A DNA stretch of 63,039 nt, filler included, from Collodictyon triciliatum (lineage: Eukaryota), in NCBI GenBank assembly GCA_043381765.1. It is 11 parts of 11 records of this genome, joined end to end, with 100 filler letters (N's around TTAATTAATTAA, not from the genome) between each part and the next. Parts side by side here need not be neighbours in the genome. Positions count along the whole stretch, not along the records: positions 54,599 to 60,647 come from JBHJMP010004745.1; positions 60,748 to 63,039 come from JBHJMP010004762.1; 9 more parts are not named here. One strand, 5' to 3'. The position numbers were made by a program, and so were the translations under genes. Below, piece by piece: positions 57,601-63,039 of this stretch; position 1 is the stretch's first letter, and each line of letters begins with the position of its first letter. Below the pieces are notes generated by a model, which was not told the origin of the DNA, did no database searches, and saw only the letters and a program-made list of their open reading frames with translations.

Positions 57601-60418
57601 GTGGAATAGTTGAATCTGATACCACTCAACTCTCTCTCTTGTTTAATGAGTTCTGGTGTATTTAATGCATCCTCGTTGGATTTGAAGTATAATCCGAGAA
57701 CCTTTTTGGATATTTTTTTCATAAAGATAGCCTTTGATTTGACCTCGATGACTCTGAACAATTCCTCAGCGATGGGCTCCTTGGAGTTTATCATCACCAA
57801 TATTCTTATAGGATATCCTTCGTACATGTGCAATGTTTTATGATCGATAGTGATGTAAGAGGGTGCTGTCGCACTATCTATATTGCTAATAATTAAGGAA
57901 GACATTTTAGAGTTGGGAACTAACTGAGACCCATGGAGTGCTTCACTGATTGAAAGCATAGCTTGTTTCGATTCTAGTATATCTTGTGTTAAATGAGGAA
58001 TTGTGTAAGTTCCTGGATGGAAGTAGTCGATGACATGCACATCCCATTTGTAAGATCCTATTTCGATTAACCTGTTCTCCAGGAATGGATTTTGAGTTGG
58101 TGAATTAGACGCTCGAAAAATCATTCGTGGGATTGATGAGTAATCTTCCATTTTGAAGTGAGTATCTTTGGATGTCATTTCCCTAATTCTGCTCTCGAGC
58201 GAAAACTTTAGAATATGTGGTACATCTTCTATGCTGATATAGACATACGGCATTTCTTTAGCAGATGGATATTTTCTTGCTCCATAACCACCTGCCAATG
58301 GTAGTTCTTGAGTACCGTTTCTTTTATTAAAGGAAGGTTCTTTAGGAATGTCATGGGCAACAGGTGGTGATATATTAGGATAAACGCAATTATTGTTTGG
58401 TGCTGGATATACTAAGGATAATTCTGGCTGTCCAGGACCTTGATGGAGTCCTGATAACGGTTGTTGAGCAAGCCCTTGCACTAATGAAGGATTTGGTATC
58501 TGGTGAGGTGGGGAGTAAACCTGCTGCTGACCATATCCCGGTGATTGAAAAGCTGATTGTGTGTTTTGATATTCAAAACCAGGGTTATGAAATGTCACGT
58601 ATTCGTATCGCTGATGTGCACTTTGAGGGTGCTGGATATGAATTTGCTGCTGTAAAACTGCTGCTGCATACTGCTGGTTATGAATCGGGTATTGAGGTTC
58701 ACCTTTTCCATTATACTGTTGGGTATACCCCTGTTGTTGGGTGTATCCTTGTTGTTGGGTGTATCCTTGTTGTTGGGTGTATCCTTGTTGTTGGGTGTAT
58801 CCTTGTTGTTGGGTGTATCCTTGTTGTTGGGTGTATCCTTGCTGTTGGGTGTATCCTTGCTGTTGGGTGTATCCTTGCTGTTGGGTGTATCCTTGCTGTT
58901 GGGTGTATCCTTGCTGTTGGGTGTATCCTTGCTGCTGGGTGTATCCATGTTGTTGGGCGTATCCTTGCTCCTGAAAATTTTGGACTACATTTTGTTGGGT
59001 AAGTACTTTTTGTTGCTCATAATTATGATTTTGATAAGATTGGGGCATTTGTTGCTGCTGATACCCAAAATATTGGGTTGGGTTAGCTCCCGTATTTGAC
59101 TGTACATTTGCCGTATACTGGGAGGGTATGTTTCCGTGATGATGCTCATACCCTGGGTTGTGTAGTGCGGCTGTCATGCACTTAGAGTGCTCGCTTTCAG
59201 GGTTATGTAAGGGCTTCACCCCATGAAATTCTGAATACTCGTGATGAGTCGTGTTGGGATGTTGTGGTTGTGAATAATCGTCATACCGAAAGGGTGGTGT
59301 TGAAATGTGATGATGGCTGCCTTGATGGAGATAGTGGGACTGCTCAAGTGTGATGGGTAAATTTGTTTGCACCATGTCTGTGGGATTGAGCGTGAAAGAA
59401 GAGTGAATGGAACTGCCTAAAGATGAAGAGCTATTCCCAAAATCTTGAAGTACATGCTCGTATGTAGGATGTGCTACACCGCCACCTTGACTTTCCAGAG
59501 ATTTTTTCAAGTAATTTAAAATTAGGCTATCCTTAAGCTGAATTGAGTCGAAAAAATAAACCTGTGGTGAATGAAGACCATTTTACAAAGAAAAAAATAT
59601 GAATGTAGTTTCACGGGGGGTAATAGATATTAGATATGTTATACATATACAGTCTACACTACAGGAGTAAACTCAAATCGTAATCTATAACGCCAAGGTC
59701 ATCTTTTAATTATTTTTTAATCATGCTCTATATGATTGATATTATATCATTTTTATGATTAAGATTTACCAGTTGGTTTGATACTGGACATCCCTGTTCA
59801 TAACGAGCCCATAAGTAATCTTGTGCCAGTCTGGAGCATTCTAGAGAAGCCAATTTGTGTGTTTTGTATAAGTTGACTCTGAATATTCCCGGAGTTATAC
59901 TTTGCAGTATATCAGCTAAAGAAGGATCTGCAAAAGATGTGAAGCCTGATAGGATTACGATGAAATCTCCTTCATTGGGAACTGTGTGTAGGACTCGTAA
60001 CTATTTAATTGATATACAGATTAATTAGTCATAATGGTACAATTATTTTAAACACATAGAACCAAACGCAGATTATGCACGCAAAAGAAAGGATATATGT
60101 TGAGAAAAAACACAATATTGAATTGGATGGAAAGTAGGTTTGTGAGTATATGATATAAATTGAAGCATACTGACAAAGTGTTGGGCTTACCAATAACTAT
60201 GTCGGTAATTTATAACTCTAAATTTTTTTTGTAAAAAAAAGTTATAAGGATTCATAACGAACCGGGTATTCAATCGGTATATCGAATTCAGTTTGGATGA
60301 GCATAATCCCAGTGCGCTTGAATGCCCCAGGTTGAAAGACGACGGCAGGAGGCAGAGATAATCTCGGCAGCGGATCGCTTCCTTCGAAGACAATAAATGG
60401 AAGTGGAAAGTAACTCAT
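54693..60418 (-). CDS. large ADP-ribose-related multidomain protein (RRM-like, Q/G/Y repeat, TIGR02452/DUF2263-like macrodomain, 10 PBZ-like fingers, DarT-like C-terminal domain); exons 60263-60418, (60191-60196), 59770-60000, 54693-59537; 3' partial
   Basis: 1609-aa ORF plus upstream phase-0 exons. Macro motifs LLNVAS…P…ELFKRTN, LYPIP…IYS…VFRD, IAVAP, LILDAFGCGKYNNP and FQKVIFC. CCHH repeats. Ends at a TGG|GTGAGC donor. Confidence 0.85.
58722..58968 (-). repeat. coding 18-bp tandem repeat encoding (QQGYTQ)n, ~13 copies
   Basis: Direct reading, in frame within the large exon. Confidence 0.95.
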
Positions 60419-60747
60419 CCCACTTGAAGTCCGAATGAATTAAACTAAACTATCACGCTTCGCTTCTAACCACCCGGAGACGTGTCTTGAAACTTTTCTG
60501 TACTGCACAAAATAAGCAACCATGTGATAAGGGGCATGCTCTCCTCTGTTTTTGTTTTATTGTTTTATTGTTTTATTGTTTTATTGTTTTATTGTTTTAT
60601 TGTTTTATTGTTTTATTGTTTTATTGTTTTATTGTTTTATTGTTTTANNNNNNNNNNNNNNNNNNNNNNNNNNNNNNNNNNNNNNNNNNNNTTAATTAAT
60701 TAANNNNNNNNNNNNNNNNNNNNNNNNNNNNNNNNNNNNNNNNNNNN

Positions 60748-60888
60748 TTTGGCCCCGTAAAAAATTTTTTTTTTTGGCCCGGTATAAAAAATTTTTTTTT
60801 GGCCCCCGTAAAAAATTTTTTTTTTTTCCCCCGTAAAAAATTTTTTTTTTTTTTTTCGTTAAAATTTTTTTTTTTTTTTTTTTTTTTA
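60748..60888. repeat. imperfect ~25-30-bp tandem repeat T(n)GGCCCCGTA(n)
   Basis: Four copies at the contig start. Confidence 0.7.
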
Positions 60889-61543
60889 CAACGATAGGTC
60901 AAAATTGCCACCCAAGGGCGCTCCGGAAGGGCTCGAGAATATCACGACGAGACAGAGTGAATTATAATACAATCAGATATCATTTCAATAAATAAAAAAT
61001 AATATATAGATAATTCAAAAGTCAAGTGCAACGTCCTCGCTTTTATTTGATTAAAAGGACGCTTATTGTTGTACGAGAGTTTGATGGTTTTTTCTTGCAA
61101 TTGCGGTGGCAATTATTCAACTGTTTTTGATTGCGTGGTCGCACTGAAAGGAACTGGAAATAAATATTACTATGATGAATTATATGGCGCTCTAAACATT
61201 TGCATGGTCTTGTTCGTAAGTTTGACACACATTCGGTATGCATGAAATTGCTTCACATACGGGTGTTTGGATTTGCTCCTGTATCTCACTCATCAGCTTC
61301 TGTTAGTCGCAATGTGCGATCATCTTTTGCGGAATACTCCAAGACTCTATCGCGCCATAGCAAGCCAATCTAGCGTAAAATGATCAATTAGCTACCACAT
61401 CATAATGAAGTTCCTATTTGTCGGCCTCTGGGAAAAAGTCATATATTCAATTATACCTGATGATGTAATATATGAATAGTATCAGTCTATTTTACTTTAT
61501 TTAGTTCTTTACTTATTCATTAATTTGCTATATAACTATCATT

Positions 61544-61617
61544 ATGATTATCATTATCCAGGTCCTGGACAAAAGTTGAAAGGAAGAATAAAATAAAAAA
61601 ATGATTATCATTATCCA
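61544..61617 (+). mobile_element. second copy of the short retroposon (61561-61600) with 17-bp TSD
   Basis: ATGATTATCATTATCCA at 61544-61560 and 61601-61617 flanks GGTCCTGGACAAAAGTTGAAAGGAAGAATAAAATAAAAAA; 31/32 identical to the core at 28150-28181. Confidence 0.9.
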
Positions 61618-62160
61618 CCTCTCGCCAGAGTCGGTACCATAGAATGGTATTGAAAATGTCCCAGTAATTTTTAAGGATGAGATTGAAAGTCATCGTAAAA
61701 AAGCTATGCTGTTGAATAAATGAATGAAGGCGTATTTCCATGGAAGAGATTAAATAGTAAATGTAAGTGGTATTTCATTATATTTATGATTTTTTTATTT
61801 ACAAGTGACATTAAATTTATCACAATCTTTTAAAATAAACACGGCTAGGTTGAAATGTCGAGTTATATGGCCTCAGAAAATGAAGGCTGAAATGTAATAT
61901 CATATTTTTAAGACATGTATCGTGCAATTAGATTTTATATTTATAATTTTTACCCTGTCGCGTGTAAGCGCTTTGTATCTTTTTGGGAATAGCTTCAACA
62001 AAATAACATCTGACAAGCGTTGAGCTATTTGCCCAGGAACGAGTTTGAGAAACACCATTACAAAAGTACGAATCAAAATGACTGACCCATGCGAAATATT
62101 TGAATTCACAAGTTCCTAGGTAATTATCAGCCAAAAATAAAAATTGAAATTAGGGGCTAT

Positions 62161-62246
<86 letters not shown>

Positions 62247-62930
62247 GTTGAGAGGTCTACTTCAAAATAGAGTATCATTCATTGATAGAAATGTTCGGAG
62301 AATAGCCATCTGAACAATATACCCTAATCAGAGGATTAAGATGGAATATGATGAAGAAGCAGCCACCACGTGTCGATGTCAATTGTGCTGAGGAACGTGT
62401 TATCAACTCTCTAACGGATGGCCATTCTTTCGATATGAGTCTATATTCAATGTTAATGGACAGTAGTGTATAAATATCTGGTGTAAATCTCTCAATATAC
62501 TGTCATACATCGAGATAAATATGTGCTGTGTAAAAGTAGAACAAACTATTGTGTCTCAAACCTTCTTCCAGTAAATTTGATAAAGACCATGAGATTGACC
62601 AAAGTGAGTAATGATACAGATGAAGAAACATTTCTCGACCCAAAAGATGAGTAGCACCATATTTGACTAATTATCTTATAGACAACAGAATTGCGACACC
62701 CTCCGGAGATCTTGTATCGATATTTACATATATCTAAAGGGACAATTCCATAATATGATTTCAGAAAATTCGTCATGATTATATTCTATTACTCTCAAAA
62801 GTTGAAGGTGTGTGGGTGAAAAGTGATCATGTATCTTGAAAATGGTGATGCAAAAAGAAAACGAAGCTATAGTTACATGTTCATATACCTATGTATGAAT
62901 TTTGAATCGAATAATGGGGGAATAACGTAC

Positions 62931-63039
62931 GTATGTATGTATGTATGTATGTATGTATGTATGTATGTATGTATGTATGTATGTATGTATGTATGTATGT
63001 ATGTATGTATGTATGTATGTATGTATGTATGTATGTATG
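62931..63039. repeat. (GTAT)n microsatellite
   Basis: Direct reading. Confidence 0.95.

Noticed and set aside
61040-62800. Possible decayed transposase (scattered Cys-rich fragments on the minus strand)
   Set aside because: No DDE or other family motif could be reconstructed; left unassigned.

Overview
This is eukaryotic, protist-type DNA, not one continuous locus. It consists of 11 short (~6 kb) contigs joined by artificial 100-nt linkers (44 N + TTAATTAATTAA + 44 N), with breaks at simple repeats. Genes have short GT-AG introns and use the standard code. Huntingtin and RasGEF suggest an amoebozoan-like or other amorphean protist, which is an inference only. Recognisable genes: 14-3-3, RPL18A, a tandem Coa1-like protein, RDM1, a NIDO+LRR protein, a RasGEF 3' exon, an RPRD1-like CID protein, a cyclase-anchor-like membrane protein, a disrupted aspartate aminotransferase, the huntingtin 3' part, a claudin-like tetraspan, a NACHT-TPR protein, a ZFP36/TTP-like protein and an RdgB/Nir-type PITP. 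Most interesting: (1) a >1700-aa protein with RRM-like domains, a degenerate bacterial-PARG-type macrodomain, ten PBZ-like zinc fingers and a DarT-like putative ADP-ribosyltransferase; (2) a nearly full-length decayed Fanzor1 RNA-guided nuclease gene; (3) a short poly(A)-tailed retroposon seen twice with 17-bp target-site duplications, one copy breaking an AAT exon; (4) two immune-receptor-like genes built one repeat per exon. All family calls come from manual translation and motif recognition; no searches were run.
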